Shown piece by piece: positions 26,300 through 39,802 of a stretch of 64,000 nucleotides of DNA. The notes beneath the pieces were generated by a model. It saw nothing but the letters and a program-made list of their open reading frames with translations. It made no database searches and had not been told where the DNA came from. Source of the stretch: Neolecta irregularis DAH-3 (lineage: Eukaryota); the NCBI GenBank assembly GCA_001929475.1, contig LXFE01000976.1, positions 1-64,000 of the forward strand, read 5' to 3'. Positions within the stretch are counted from its first letter, which is position 1, and the number at the start of each line of letters is the position of its first letter. Both the position numbers and the translations under genes were made by a program.

Positions 26300-27707
26300 T
26301 CACATATTCCTCTCATGATAGACGACAAGATGTTGGCATAAACATTTTGTCGCTCCATCCTCCGGGTAGAACCCTTGACATTTACAATCATTCCCATCTG
26401 CGTCTGTATCTTTACATTTTCCGGTATGCTGAGTTGACGTTGAGAATGGTTCAGTCTGTGTACCAACCACTTTTACTTGGATTTTTGAGCGACCGAGCGA
26501 ACTCCCTCGACGAAGAGGTAGGGGAACGACCCCAAGTGCCGTTGGGGAGACAGGCTCCCATTGCGTGTTTGGAACTGGAACTGGAACTACATGACGCATC
26601 GGTGGTGTTTTGCTGAAAAATGGGTGTTCGGCAACATGAGATCCTCCCGAGGCGCTTTGTTTTTGTTTCTTTTCAGCTCGTTTTGGTTCGTAAAACAACA
26701 CCGGCAAGGAATGTCTTCCCTGTGGTGATAAAGTGTTCCTTCGATGTTGAGGAGGTGGTGCCAGAGATGCACCAGGCGGCAGGATAGGCGTCCAACCAGA
26801 ATTTGCAATAGGTTCTGTCCGAACTCTTGCAAGTGGTTTGATAGGACGATCATGTTGAGTCGGCAGGCCTTGAATTCGTGGAAGTTGAACTCTTTCTGCA
26901 AAATATGGAGCTCCTAATTCGCCCTTCTTCGGATCAGATTCTAGTGTTCTCTTTAAAAAATTTTGAGAAGCTCTTTCTTGTTCTGGGTCTTTGGTATTCG
27001 ATGCTGTTGTCTGGGACTTTGCTACTGATGTGTTTTTCATCTTCATACTTGTTTTGCAATCTTCTGACGGACTTTGGGTTCCAGCCCTGATCTCTGAGAA
27101 TGCTTGACGGTGATGTGGTTGTCTGATCTCCCACTTTCCGCTGATTTCTTGAGGTTTTTTTTCTGAATCTGAAACAGCGCCTAGCTGGTAGTTTGCTACT
27201 TGAAAAGATGTCTGCTGAAGCTCCTTGGGGCTACTTTGTGCTGTCTTCATCTGCGGGAGTTGGATTCTTTTCGGGTCTTCGACATCTCTTTCTTCCGCCT
27301 GTATTCGGTGGATTTTATCGGTCAGAAGATGTGGCACTTGACTTGTTAACAGTCATAGACATAAAGAATACCTTCTGCAACGGCCAAACTAGACTCTGCG
27401 ATCATGGAAATGTCCTGCCTGAAGGTTGAAAAAGTTAATTGTAATAATACGCCGAATGAATCTACAGCGGCTTCATTAATGTCTTTGGAAGCGGTCTGTC
27501 GACATCCCAATGCGGCAAATGTCTCGCCATAGTCCTTATTATATTGGGAACACCACCACATGTCTCACATGATGTGTGGTTTTGTCGCCTTTTGCGACCG
27601 ATTTTTGTCTCGCGGATGGCGACGGATCGAGAGAACAGGTCTCTAAAAGGAAATATCTCGTTGGCAGTCATATATCGTTTTCTGCGGGTGGCTGGATACG
27701 AAGCCAT
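26300..27707 (-). CDS. Orphan protein (~430 aa, probably 3 introns) with C-terminal Cys/His domain
   Basis: Three 35-36-nt GT-AG introns join ATG 27707 to the 345-aa ORF in frame; ends GKCKDTDADGNDCKCQGFYPEDGATKCLCQHLVVYH. Confidence 0.7.
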
Positions 27708-29812
27708 GACAGGTGTTATCAAGTTCTCTTGGGACTATGCTTTAAAAACCAGATCTTGATAATGATACATTTAGTAAATTGGAGGGAGTTCTAGGCGCTT
27801 GTGTCTTACATGGATCACCCGAAACATTCGCTTTTCGCCTAGGTCCAAGCAAGATGGTCAAATTTCAACATCTTTGAGGTACAAAGAATACTTGCAATAC
27901 GTCCTTATCATTAATTTTTGGCAGTCGTATGGGGAGCGTCATTTAACGCACATTGAGGGAACCTTTTACATAATATAACAATCGAACCTAACAAGCCAAG
28001 TCATTTGAGTCTTGCTTATGTGTTGAGTCTCATTGACACAAAGAATCACAAGCAAGACTTATATTGATCTGCAATTCTCCCACCGTCTGAGACAACACCA
28101 AAAAGCTTTCAAATTTATGAGACATTTTATAATAATAATTGTATTCGGTATAATGCTCTTGATTATATTGTGTGGGTACTTGGTGTCCGGACTTCGTACT
28201 CGAGTGAGACTTTGGTATGTTTAATGCTTACAACGTGGTTCCTCTAAATACAGGTAACTACGTATATATTCAATATCCTCGGTTACAAGTCTAATCTGCT
28301 ATCCGGATTTAGGCTTACTTATATAATACTTTTCTGAGGCGCACTCCTACAACACCTAACGGCTTCAGCTTTCCCGGATTGAGAAAAATCGGCCTGCGAG
28401 TACTTCTAGTAGGCCTACTCACTCCTCTTGCGGTTGTTTCTCGTGTTGGTGTCTTTGTCATCATGGCATCCCTTGTCTGGGAGGTCAGGTTTGCTCGTCG
28501 ACGGTGATGGTGATGGTGATGGTGGGGATCAGAATCCCCGCATACACATATTGTGTGGTGGCGGAAGGCCAGAATTACCGACGTCAACAAAAGCACCGAT
28601 TTGATTTGCAAAAAATTGTAATTTGAGTCTCCAAAAGCGAAGATAATTTCATCTCAGAAATCTCTGACGCGGACTCAATTTGTGAAGATATACCCAAAGG
28701 GTATATCTTACCAATACAGTAAGGTGGCTTGACGGGAAGTATATAAAGGCGGAAGTTAGATATTCCTAGCCAAGTATACTTAGGCTAGTTATAACACTTG
28801 GTCTTATCTTCTAAGCGCATAGCTTACACAATTCCGTTGCTAGACATGCAAGAAACAAGTCTATAAAGCTACAGACTATGTCCTCAAACTACACATTATG
28901 TTTCTCAGGACTCATATTTTAGTTCGTTACATAATAGATTAGTCTTCGAATCACTAGATCCTTCGCCTTAAGCTCTGCGGATCCTTTTTTTTGAAAACCG
29001 AGTCTTAAATTGAATTGGATTCAAGGGGCGACCTTTCGGTTTATTTCTTCCGTGGGCCGTCAGAATTCGTTTACAGGCTGCGAGAAAATCGGATCAGAGG
29101 ATGGTTTGATGGTTATCGGGCCTACATGACACGATATATGCACCAAGAGGCATTCCATATCAAGGATGTTGGCTTCTACTTATGAGTCTTTGGCGGTATG
29201 CATTGTGTGTTCTATTGAGCTTGGTGTATATATAAAACTTTTGTTATAAAATAATTCGTATGAAGTGGCATAGAGGATGCTCCTATTGTCGTTACACAAA
29301 GCCTTGTGCACACACAAATCATATGAACTAGTTATGGTATTATGAGGTTGCGTATCTGTCAATGTAGGAAACCTATCGAAACATGTGCAATATTACTTGC
29401 CATCGGACTATATTATATTTTTCTTAGCATCAAATAGCGTTTTTCACGTCCCTTTATACATAGGAAGCAATAGGTAGGCATTGGCTGTGAGAAGTAATAA
29501 TAACCTGAGGTATTATCCTTTCCAGAAACCGATATATTAAGTTGATCAGTCATTTACTCACGTCACATCTACGCGTGTTCTCGGGCAACTATGCAGAAGA
29601 TATAATGAGAATAGAAAGACATTAGAATCTGTGGAGAACGACCAGGAGACGTTGGTACTTTTATACCTCATGACAAATAATTCACCCTAACTCCACGACG
29701 CCCGTTTCAACTTTATACAGCCTTTTTGATATCTCTTTCTATCGGTAGAGAATCCAGAGGAAGACACAAACCGAACAGGTAAATCTATCATGAACTTGTC
29801 CGAGTAGATGAT

Positions 29813-31107
29813 CTATAACTGACCATCCGAACGAGCATGAAACACAAACCAATGACCACAAAGACATCTTTTATCTGATGAGGACTGAGGATAAAATATC
29901 TGACACCCACAGTCTCTTCCGTCCGAGGGATGACGGTCGAAACATTTCCCTCGGTCGTTCAAATATGAAGACGGTGTTCCCGGACATTCAGGTGATGGTT
30001 CTGGATCGGGAGCAGACGTGGTCTGTATGGAAACTTCCGACACAAGACATGTATTTTGGGTATACTTGTCTGCAAAAGTAAGAGGGCCAACTTGAATTCC
30101 GACATTTTCGAATAATTTCAAATGTATGGGAGATGGAGGAAGATCTTTAACTTCGAGCCTATCATCTTGATTACTAGTAGCACTAGTGGTATCACCAGAA
30201 TCATTACTGCTTGATCCTGGTCTCGACGAAGGAGAGCTGTGGGAATCTTGCTGAATGATCCTGACTGCGGAAGGAGGATCATCCATTTCGTTGAGAAGAA
30301 TTTCAATTTCCTGACGATTCGACATCGGAGGGGAGTTTGGTGCGGAGAGTTTAGTTCGGCCGTCTATATCTAACATATTGGTGCTCTCCTCGTGCGATGA
30401 ACTTGCTGGACTCGAATGATGTAAACTTGATCCAAGAAGAGGTGTTTCTGTTTTGAAAGGTGAACTCGATCCTCCAAATCTTTGACGTTTCTCTTCAATT
30501 TTGTCAATTGTTCCAGAGTTTAGTGATTCATCGTCCTGTCGTTTGCGTTTCAGGCCGTCTGTAGCTACGGCAGTGTAGCTAAAGAGATCTTGTGTGAACT
30601 CATCTTCCTTCCATTCCATTCGTGCGGGATCGGATCCATGAGGCTCTAAGGACTCTGTTTGCCAATCTTCAAAATCGATAGTATCTGATTCTGGTTCTGG
30701 ATCATGTTCGGGCTCGGGATCAGGGTCAGTATTAAAACGCCTAGTCTCCATCTTAGACCCTACAATAGTAAAATTTTGCTTGGGTGGACAAGATCAGTAC
30801 TTCTTTGTGCGTCTGTTGTTTTCCCCGATTCACTAACTTCATCGGGTTCCTCAGTTGAAGTCCTTCCTGTACACTTTCTCCTCATTCGCGTACAGTTATT
30901 ACACGCAGCATATGTTTCGTATTTCACACAAGAAAGATTGCGTTCTTTGCACCGTGTGCAGGGAATTTTCTGCTCCTCTCCATTTGCCTCAATTGTCAAA
31001 GCTCTATTTTCGTGGCGTCCCAGGTCCTTTGCGTGGGATAGGGGAGTATTTGTCCGAATCATTAAAATGTTTTTTTGGTGGTGTGAAAATGAAGTTTGGT
31101 GGTTCAA
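29813..31107 (-). CDS. Orphan protein with Zn(II)2Cys6-pattern cluster and the same C-terminal Cys/His domain; start unresolved
   Basis: CTRC-x6-C-x8-CNNC-x6-C in the upstream exon; 41-nt intron 30760-30800 joins it to the 312-aa ORF ending GKCFDRHPSDGRDCGCQIFYPQSSSDKRCLCGHWFVFH. Confidence 0.75.
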
Positions 31108-31416
31108 ATTATAGAGATTTAGGGGGAAACCAAGATTAGATGAAATCCCTGGCGTTGCAGATTTCTTCGCTTGCCAAAATCAAACATACTGGGGGCTGCG
31201 TCCTGGCAATCTGTTTCAAGTATTATAGATGTTCTACAGGCTTGAAGAAAACCTATAGGCTTAAAAAATATTTTACATCTCTTAGCAGTGGATGCCCGCT
31301 ATTTACCCGAGCCAATTAATTTTGCTAGTATGCCGTCTGCAGATGCTAGATATATGATTTATGCATAATGGGTGTTCTAAGGAAGGCTCTGGCACTTGGG
31401 AACACTAGCTCGGTGC

Positions 31417-31755
31417 TTAGGCGGTTTTCCTGCCTCGGCCTCTTGCCCGTGTATGAGGTTTTATAACTTTACAGTTTCCGGTTCTCCGGGCCCTTTTTGC
31501 TGGTGGAATTTCGACCTGAGCGCTCTCTTCGTCGGAAGCTCGGGCAGATTGCAACCGTTCGCGCAAATAAGTGTCAACATCGAATTGATCAATGTCTTTC
31601 TTTAGTTTCTGTATAGTCGCTGTAGCTCCATAGAACTCGCTGTCAGAAGACTGTAATTCAAGCCCTGCTTGTTCCGCACATGATGGCTCGGCAGCCATTT
31701 GCGAGAGTGGGATAGAAACCGGCTTGGGCGAATTGGTGCTTGAATTTAGCGCCAA
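31417..31755 (-). CDS. Hypothetical coding segment (possible last exon or remnant)
   Basis: 112-codon frame with protein-like composition and NLS-like PPAKRARR; the track start is not an ATG. Confidence 0.3.
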   Translation of the reverse strand: MALNSSTNSPKPVSIPLSQMAAEPSCAEQAGLELQSSDSEFYGATATIQKLKKDIDQFDVDTYLRERLQSARASDEESAQVEIPPAKRARRTGNCKVIKPHTRARGRGRKTA

Positions 31756-33199
31756 GGTTCAGCAAAGGTGGAATTACAGAAACAATTCTATTTTGGTAGG
31801 GATCGATCCGTTTTAACGTACAAGTGGTAACTGAACGGATATTACAGAGTAGACTGGCGGCGGCAACCTGACTTCGTTCTTGTTAGTGCTAGCATAATAT
31901 TAAACCGATCCGCCTAAGCTGCAACAACACCCCGCTATCAATCCTTGCACCCAACCTTAACTTGGGCAAATTGATCACGCCAATGATTATTCTTTTCTAC
32001 GCTGTAATTTCAACAGAAGGATTCTGACAGTATTTCTCTCCAGTGCGACCCTGTAAACACATTTTTACCACCGGAATTGAGCTAACCCTATGGATGGACA
32101 GGCAAGGGTTAGCAAGGAATCTTACAGACTTGTATATAGAGGACAATACCAGCTCACCTTTACAGTGGCAGGTCCCAGGCTCAGTACAGTTTGGTTCATA
32201 ATTGCCTATCGTCGCACGAGACCCTAGTGTCAGGATGCCTCGACGGTATCCGTTTACAAGCCCCTTGCCGATGCAAACGACCTAATCATTCTCAACAACT
32301 TGTGACTTCTAGCGGAAATTTTATAGCTCGGAACCCTCTATAGGTGGCTTCGGCCGTTTATTTTACGTATCTCGGGTGACTCATTCAATTTTTGGGGCTC
32401 AAATACTTGGGACAATTGTTTCCCACCGTATGTTTCAACGAAACATAATTTGATGATTTACGAAAAACTAATTAATTTAAAAATTGTTTATTCACCTACA
32501 AACTGCTGTATTTGCGATATAAATCGGAGCGAAATGCTTGTTGCAAAAATATTGTAGCCGAAGGAATGGCGTCAATTACCCAGAGTCGGCTAAAAGCTTG
32601 ATCCAGAGTTACACAGTTTGTTGCGATGGCGAAAGACTCAAAAGTTGATTTGATAGCACGCGTTCTATATTTACAGATCTTCGCCTATTGTTATTATTTT
32701 GGGGAAACACGTCTATCTGATGGTGGTCTTCTTTTTTTGTGTTCACCTCTTTCTCCCATTCCTATTGCAAAATATCAACTCTAGATTTGACTCTAGATAT
32801 CCCTACGTTTATTTTTAAACTTTTAGAGTGACGAGTTTCTATCCTGAGCAGTTACGATCATTAATGGAATATTTGAATGACGTATGTGGAGTCGCTCTGA
32901 TAGGTAATTCGCCTAGAAGAGTCCCCGAAAATAAACTCGGGGCAGTGTAGAGGTCTATAAGAGGTAGTGATAGGTGTTATATATCATTAAATCATATCGA
33001 TGGATAGAGAGTCATATACATAAACCCTCATTACCTATGTAACCCCCAAATACGAGCGTAAAAGAAATCTTCCCAATGCCATATAGAAAAGAACAGACCC
33101 AAAGTGTATCAATGCATAATTGGAAAAAAGTCTGGAGCCCTGCAGAATCTTGAAAGAGGAAAGGATGCTAAGCGCGTTTGAAAGCGTCGTGAAGCGTTT

Positions 33200-33475
33200 C
33201 TACTCCTTTATCGTCTCCAACTGAAAGTATCGCAGCAACGTCGAAAACCTCCCGCTGCCGCGTTTATTTCGAACCGGCGCAGGGCTTGCAAGCATCACCT
33301 CCTCTAGGTCGGCATGAGTTTCGAACGGACTCTCGTCGATTGTGCTAAGGCTACTTCGTTCGGACGACAGGGAGCTCAGAGAGCTGGAGCTACGCGTTCT
33401 GTGATGAGTCGTAAACGAAGGATATCCTTCATCTAGGACAGAGGATGACCTTGATTTCGGTGGTAATGGAGACAT
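33200..33475 (-). CDS. Small Ser-rich hypothetical protein (91 aa)
   Basis: ATG 33475, MSPLPPKSRSSSVLDEGYPSF…RSSLSTIDE…; TATTTAAAT upstream; long upstream non-coding region. Confidence 0.5.
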   Translation of the reverse strand: MSPLPPKSRSSSVLDEGYPSFTTHHRTRSSSSLSSLSSERSSLSTIDESPFETHADLEEVMLASPAPVRNKRGSGRFSTLLRYFQLETIKE

Positions 33476-34175
33476 GATGATTACCTCGATGTGCTTGGTG
33501 GGGTCTGGAAGCAGCAAGAGTCCTTTTGGTGTCTTATTTAAATAAACGACGCCACCATGACTCGAACATGTTTTATTTATTTTAGTTGTACTCAGAATCT
33601 GGATCCCTCAATTTAAGGAGAGCAAGCCACAACACACGTTCTTGCTATTTTTCGGGGCTTTTCATGCTCTTAATTGCCTTGTCATCAAAATTTCCCGGTT
33701 GCTGATATTTGTCATACTCTCTAGTGCCATTCATATACAAGGTTTTCTTAGGCCCGCACTAGATTTCTTGATAGTATGCGATTGTTATCCCACCATTCTG
33801 CCATTTGGATGTTCACAGTCCGGGATAGACCAGCGCTCTTTCTCTTGAAAAGTGTGGCACAACTCCCGATTTTCCCGCATTTGTAACGAGTCTAATACGA
33901 CTCTTGCATTTGAATACTGAGATATAGTGGATAAGTAATGTCTTTTTACTACAGTGTAGTTGATCGTCCCTCCATTGACCTTGCGGCCTGTTAGCTTTCC
34001 ACTTGCGTTTCAATCCCGAAACACCTGTTTAATTGCGGGAAACTTGTGACAGTTACAGCTTCTATCGACTTGATAAGCCATTATTCAGCCTGTTGTTTCA
34101 TCGACCGGTTTTCCAAAAGCTTGAAAAACATGTTATGGAAATAGGGTTTCAAGCCAAAATCTGTCATGGTTTCCG

Positions 34176-34318
34176 AAGGTCGAGATTCTTCCCCCATGCT
34201 AGCTTGAATACCTATTTCATATGAGAAATCATAGATAACATTTCAAAAGGTCGAGATTCTTCCCCCATGCTAGCTTGAATACCTATTTCATATGAGAAAT
34301 CATAGATAACATGTCAAA
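34176..34318. repeat. Near-perfect 71-bp tandem duplication
   Basis: AAGGTCGAGATTCTTCCCCCATGCTAGC…GATAACAT starts at 34176 and at 34247. Confidence 0.95.
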
Positions 34319-35560
34319 CAAGTACACCGCAGTTAACCTGTTACAAAGAAAAACAAAAAGAAATGCAAGTTTGTTTTCAGCTGAGCAGGGTCAGGTGCTA
34401 TTTATGAGAAATATCCGATGAAAGGAAACCTGAGTAATGAGCATGTGGTACAGACACATTTTTCACACAATATGATAACCAAACGTCCCCCCAACTTACA
34501 GCAATATTAACTCACTACCATACTTAATACAATCCTTTACATTCCCCCCTTTTTCTCCTCTCTCTCACAGCCTAAAACACAAATACCCTGCCCTCCCCTT
34601 TTCCCAAGGTCGTACTCTCGAACCTTTCTTGCAATCAACTACAACATTCGCCCCTTTTTCCTCCCCGCAACAGCCATCATTTGGAAAACCCTCTCTACCA
34701 TAAAACCGATGGAATTACCTAATCCCCGGCCTGAGTCTCTTTGACAGTATGGCAAGCAATAAGCATCTAACGGTCATTTTCTTTCTTTCTCTCTTTTTTC
34801 TCGTCACTAATATTTTCCATATACCTTGGTCTTTCCTCATCTACTTTTCTCGCCCCCCTGCTGGATAGGAGAGCACTGGGGCTATAAATACGGCCTTGGA
34901 GCCAGTCTTTTTGGATAGTCAAATCAAATCTTTAATGCATTCAGAATCTCTCTCTACAAACTCTCCCCGCCTAACCTCGGCCTCGAGGAAACCAAAATGA
35001 CGCTTCTCCTCGAACAAATCGAATTTACAAGTGAGAAAAAAGCCAAATCTCAGCCAACCTACCCAAAATTGCAGCTTTCGTGTTTCATGCAAACTCAATT
35101 CTAAAGCAAAATACACTAAACTGGTGCGGCATTGAGTCACAATTTGGGATATATATAATCATCCGGATGATTCAAAAGCTCAGCCAACAGCAGGACCTCG
35201 ACCTATGTAACGTAATATTACACGGTTTTTATGTAACGGAATCAAGCCTTGCTCATTAAAAACTTGGGTACTGTCACGTTATGAACGTCTCACGTTGTAC
35301 AACTTGTAAATAGATAGTGAGAAGGCTAGGTACCTATAAATAAAGGTCAATCTCCCACCTAGAAAGATACCTCATCAGGTCTCGACACAAGAGGTTTACG
35401 TCATGTTCTGAGTAGGGAGAAAGGATGCTACCAAATAATTTCAGCCAACAAACGTGGTCTTTTCAAAGTAGAAAACATTCAACAGAGGAAAATAACCCAA
35501 AGACTAACAGTTCCATTGATAAGAAAACTCCTGAGATATCCGCAAGTGGTCGGTCTACAT

Positions 35561-38500
35561 CTAATCTTCCTTAAACACAGATTCTTTGATCTCCTTCTCA
35601 AGTCCGGTCGAATTCTGTGTCAATCCTTTCCTAACGGCCAGAACCTGATCGACAATAACAGCATCAACTCCGTAACTGACCTGCATTCTGGCATTCTGGG
35701 GATCGTTGTTTCTTTCACCGTAGCTAACACATATCAAGCCAGATTCCTTAACCACCCTGGACATTAAATAATGCCACAAAGACTTGACATACTTGACCAA
35801 TCGAGGACATTCGATAAAGGGTTGGCATGCTGAGACAATTCCCAAAAGGTTCCACCGTGATGCAAAACGAACTGCTTCTTGGAGACTTGTCGCTCGGATA
35901 TCGGATCTTACTTCCGTACCCGCTTCGGTCAGGTACAAAATCGGGACAGATGGCTATATTGTCAAACCTGTAAATAGCAAAAATATGTGGTACCTGCTTC
36001 AATGAAAGCACTACACAGACATCTGGATGGAAACTAGAAAATACAATATCCCTGCCATCTGCGAGATCATACACAATTTTCAAAACTAAAGCATCAGCCT
36101 AAAACCTTCTTCGTGCTACGAACTTGAGTCAACCCATCTGTTTAATTCGATAGCAAATGAGTCCATGTCTTCGGCTTCAGATTCGTCCAACATTGGATAT
36201 TCTGTAGCAATTCAGCCACCAATAATCACCATTACATACTGCACTCAATATTGAATCCTACCCCTCGTGGAATCGTTTTGAAGACTTCTTCAAGAGTGGT
36301 AAATGGTGCTTGGATAGAATGACCTCTCAAGTTTCCCTTGAGCTTCTGGTTCTTGAAGTCCCTTGTAAATTTCATGCGTTCGTCAGACTCGCGTTTCGAC
36401 AGCGGGGTCAACGACAGTGATCGTGCTCGCCGAAATTTCAAGTCATCGTCAATTTGATCAGTCCCACCAGGCGAACTTGGGCGAGAGTATTCCTTCTGTG
36501 ATTCTTTCGAGACGTTCAGAAACTAAGTAATTGGGATTTACAACGAGTGATAGATATACTTGTTCAAGTGTCAAGGAATGTACTGGTGCATCAATACCGG
36601 TCTCACTAACAAGGAAATCGTGGTATATAACGGGGACGTGGTCTTTCGTAAGTTGAACGTCGAACTAGAGTGAAATTTGTAAGGAATGCTAAGCGTATAC
36701 CTCGATATAAGATGCCCCCAAATTGGCGGCTGCAATAAAAGACTGGATTGTATTCTCTCCCAATTGCAAGCTCTTTCGAGCCCGGTCATTCTTCCCAGCA
36801 CCACGATGACCTATCACCTGCAAAATAAATATATAGTTCAAGGGGAAAGGTAACCTTATTCGTCACGAGGCTTTTCCAATAAGTTGTGTTCTGATTGACA
36901 TGGATATTAGGATGAGTGAAAGGCGTGACAACTTGGAACTCAAAGTGAATGCTACCGATAACCCCGAGAGTTTCCTTCTCCACAATTGGAACAGTCACCC
37001 CGCCGTTCAAATTCTCTCGAAAGGAACCAACTTTGGGTTTGACACTGGAAAGTAAAGCAATAGCTCGACCAAGTGGCCTATCGTATGAAGCAGAATAGGT
37101 TGGTACAATGTCGAAAGAAAGCTGGACTTTGCTGACATCGCTGGTATGGAAAATAAGAGGCTCTGTATTGATATTGTCATGAATGGGCAAATCGATGATA
37201 CTTGAACCACCTTCAGCATTTTTGGCATGAACAACTACACGTGAACAATCGTTACAATCAAGATGCATACTTAATGTAAGTGCTGTATCAAGCTGAGTAG
37301 TCGCAGCATTGACGAAAGGTACTTTGTCTAACTTGACAGCCGAACTTTTGTTCCTTATATCAGTACTGCCCATAGTAACGATAATCATTGTGCGGTCGGT
37401 TAAATATCGATGGCCAAAACTTTTGACGGGATCACTGTAAACATTCTTACCAAACTGTTGTGCTTGATAACTTGTGGGAGGTGAACAACCTAGTGGTGGG
37501 GAAGATGATGCGCTTGCATTTATGAGCAGTGTGTGAGGATTTGCTGGCATGCATTTCTTTCCACATTCGAGATGACCGCGAAAGACTGCATGCTCGTACG
37601 CAAACCATCCTGAAAGATCTTTCCGCTCGATATCTGCTCCGGCATTGACGAGAAGTTCAACAATAGGTGTAAATCCTTCAACAGCGGCGATGAATAGAGC
37701 CGTCCAATTGTATGCCTTTTCTGAAAGTTCAAGCTCTGCTTTGTGATTTTCGATGGAGAGTAATGATTCAACGGCTTCCTGATTGCCGAACCGACTGGCA
37801 ACCATCAAAGCAGTATCCCCTTTCTCATCCTGTTGATTGACATTCATTCCATATTTGGCAAGTATTTCGATAATCTCGGGAAAATTCGACTTGGCTGCAA
37901 GAATAAGACACGATGTCGTCCTTTGATCGAAATCTCGCAGTTCTGATCAATTCCATATTTCTATCAAAGAATGTACCTGTATCTGAAGGATCTCGGCTGA
38001 GAAGGACGGTCAGTGTTTTCACATGACGACCAGCAACAGCGAAATGTATCGGAGACATTCCTTCATTATCAAGAACTTCTTCGATATCTTTAGAATCATA
38101 TTCACAACTGCGCAGTTTCGCAATAATTAACCTGGAAACTTGGGGAAGACCATATTTTCCAGCGTAATGCAATGGAGTTCGGCCGTATTTGTCCTTCGCA
38201 GCCAGGAAGGGGAGCTGCTCTGGCCTGAGCTTTGACAGAATGAACTCAAAGACCGAGAAATCGTCAATGTCGGACCGATTTTTGTCGCTATGGTTCGCAT
38301 TTTGCCACGAAGCTTGAGTGGTAAGGGCGATGGGAGTGAAATAGTATTTCATCTCAACTAGAGCCGGGGAATTCGCAAGAGAGGCGGATGCTTCGCGCGC
38401 ATCTCGACCCATAGTTATAACATACTTGTGGAGGAGATTTCGTTCATTTAGCTCTTGATCTTCAAGAAGAGTTTCAACTTGACTGAGTAGAACACAAGAG

Positions 38501-39619
38501 ACATTGAGAGACTTCGCGTGGAGAGCCCGGTGGAGTAAGGATAGTAAAGGTCTTCCACAAAAAAGCCTAGTGGCATCGATAATTTCCGCCAACTTTATGC
38601 CATCATCATTGTTGACGCATTGTTCAATGACACCTTCATACTCAGAAGGAAGGTTAGTGCTTAATGTCTTCGATGCTAATTTAAGTGCCCCTTCTCTAAT
38701 CTCTTCTTCTGTCTGAATAGGTTCAGGAGTTGAACCGATCTTCGAAAGCCAGTTGTTAACTGTATCTAGAGCCCTATGGCTTTAGCTTGAAGCTAGATGA
38801 GGGCATTCACGACACAACCCTCGATGGTGAAGCGAATGAATGTATCATCACCTGGCAATGAGGGAGTGAAAGGAGAGTTGCGATACCTTTGAGTCCAAAT
38901 AGCTTTCTTTAGTGGAAGTATTGAGCTTCTTATCAAGTCTGCATTGAATATTAGCAATAACACTCCAAAGCAGAAGAAAGAAAACACTAACCTGAGTGAA
39001 GGTTAGCAGAAAGAACAAGGTAGGAAACACACTTTTTTAAAATCTTCTGAAATCCTTTAAGATTGACTGATGCATACCACTAGTATGATAAGAATATGTC
39101 TCTCAATGTGAGAGGGATGCATTACGAGAATCTTTTGCAGCTCTATACGCAATTCAAGAAGAGCCTGAACGAGATCTCGAAGCTCATTTCGATCTAGATT
39201 AGCATTTGCTTGGTTGTATTTTTCGACCAACAACTGAAAATATTAGAAGCTGTCCTGATATAGAATCCATGCTTTAAGGCGTCGAGTAGCTTCATGCTCT
39301 CGTTTCGAAAAGAAGTCTGCAACAAATTCGACGTTCCGGTCTGTGGAAAAAAAGAAGGCTCGATAGATAAGCTAGGCGATATCATCTAGTTTGATTCACA
39401 CCTGTCAAGTCGGCAGAATCCCCGCCATTGGGGTCGATTTCTGATTTGATTTCGTGCTTCAACGTTTTATACTCTAGGTACTTGGACCTAGCAGAACAAT
39501 GAGATTAAATATTCGACTGGACTCTCGAACCCCCATTCAGGGACGACGTTTCGCGAAAGGCTGTTCCAGAGCTTAGCATAGAGCTGTACAAGCATATATT
39601 ACGTTTTCCCAAACTTCAT
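35561..39619 (-). CDS. GDE1: SPX-ankyrin-GDPD glycerophosphocholine phosphodiesterase
   Basis: MKFGK SPX start; ankyrin repeats (GRTPLHYA, GDTALMVA, WTALFIAA); PVKSFGHRYL; GDPD motifs IGHRG, GFNIEC, FSSFHPD, GVDAVIVD. Confidence 0.95.
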
Positions 39620-39782
39620 GACAGCGTAACGGGGTTCGGCGAAGCAGTTCGCTACGGTACGATAAACCTACCGATGGACGCAAATAGGCTTCGAGACTTC
39701 CGTATACCTATTTAAGGAGTAGAACGGTGTCAGGCGCACAATGAATCTAAGTACAGTCCTTTCTAGAGCATTATGGAAATAG

Positions 39783-39802
39783 CACGTTCGAACCAAACGT
39801 GG
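39783..39802. promoter_or_regulatory. Inverted pair of CACGTT E-boxes upstream of GDE1 (plus CACGTG at 40207-40212)
   Basis: GCACGTT and AACGTGG ~165-180 bp upstream of the ATG match Pho4/NUC-1-type sites. Confidence 0.35.

Noticed and set aside
30752..30762. Stop-codon readthrough or editing between ORFs 30760-31107 and 29813-30751
   Set aside because: The frames differ, and a 41-nt GT-AG intron ending at that TAG explains the join
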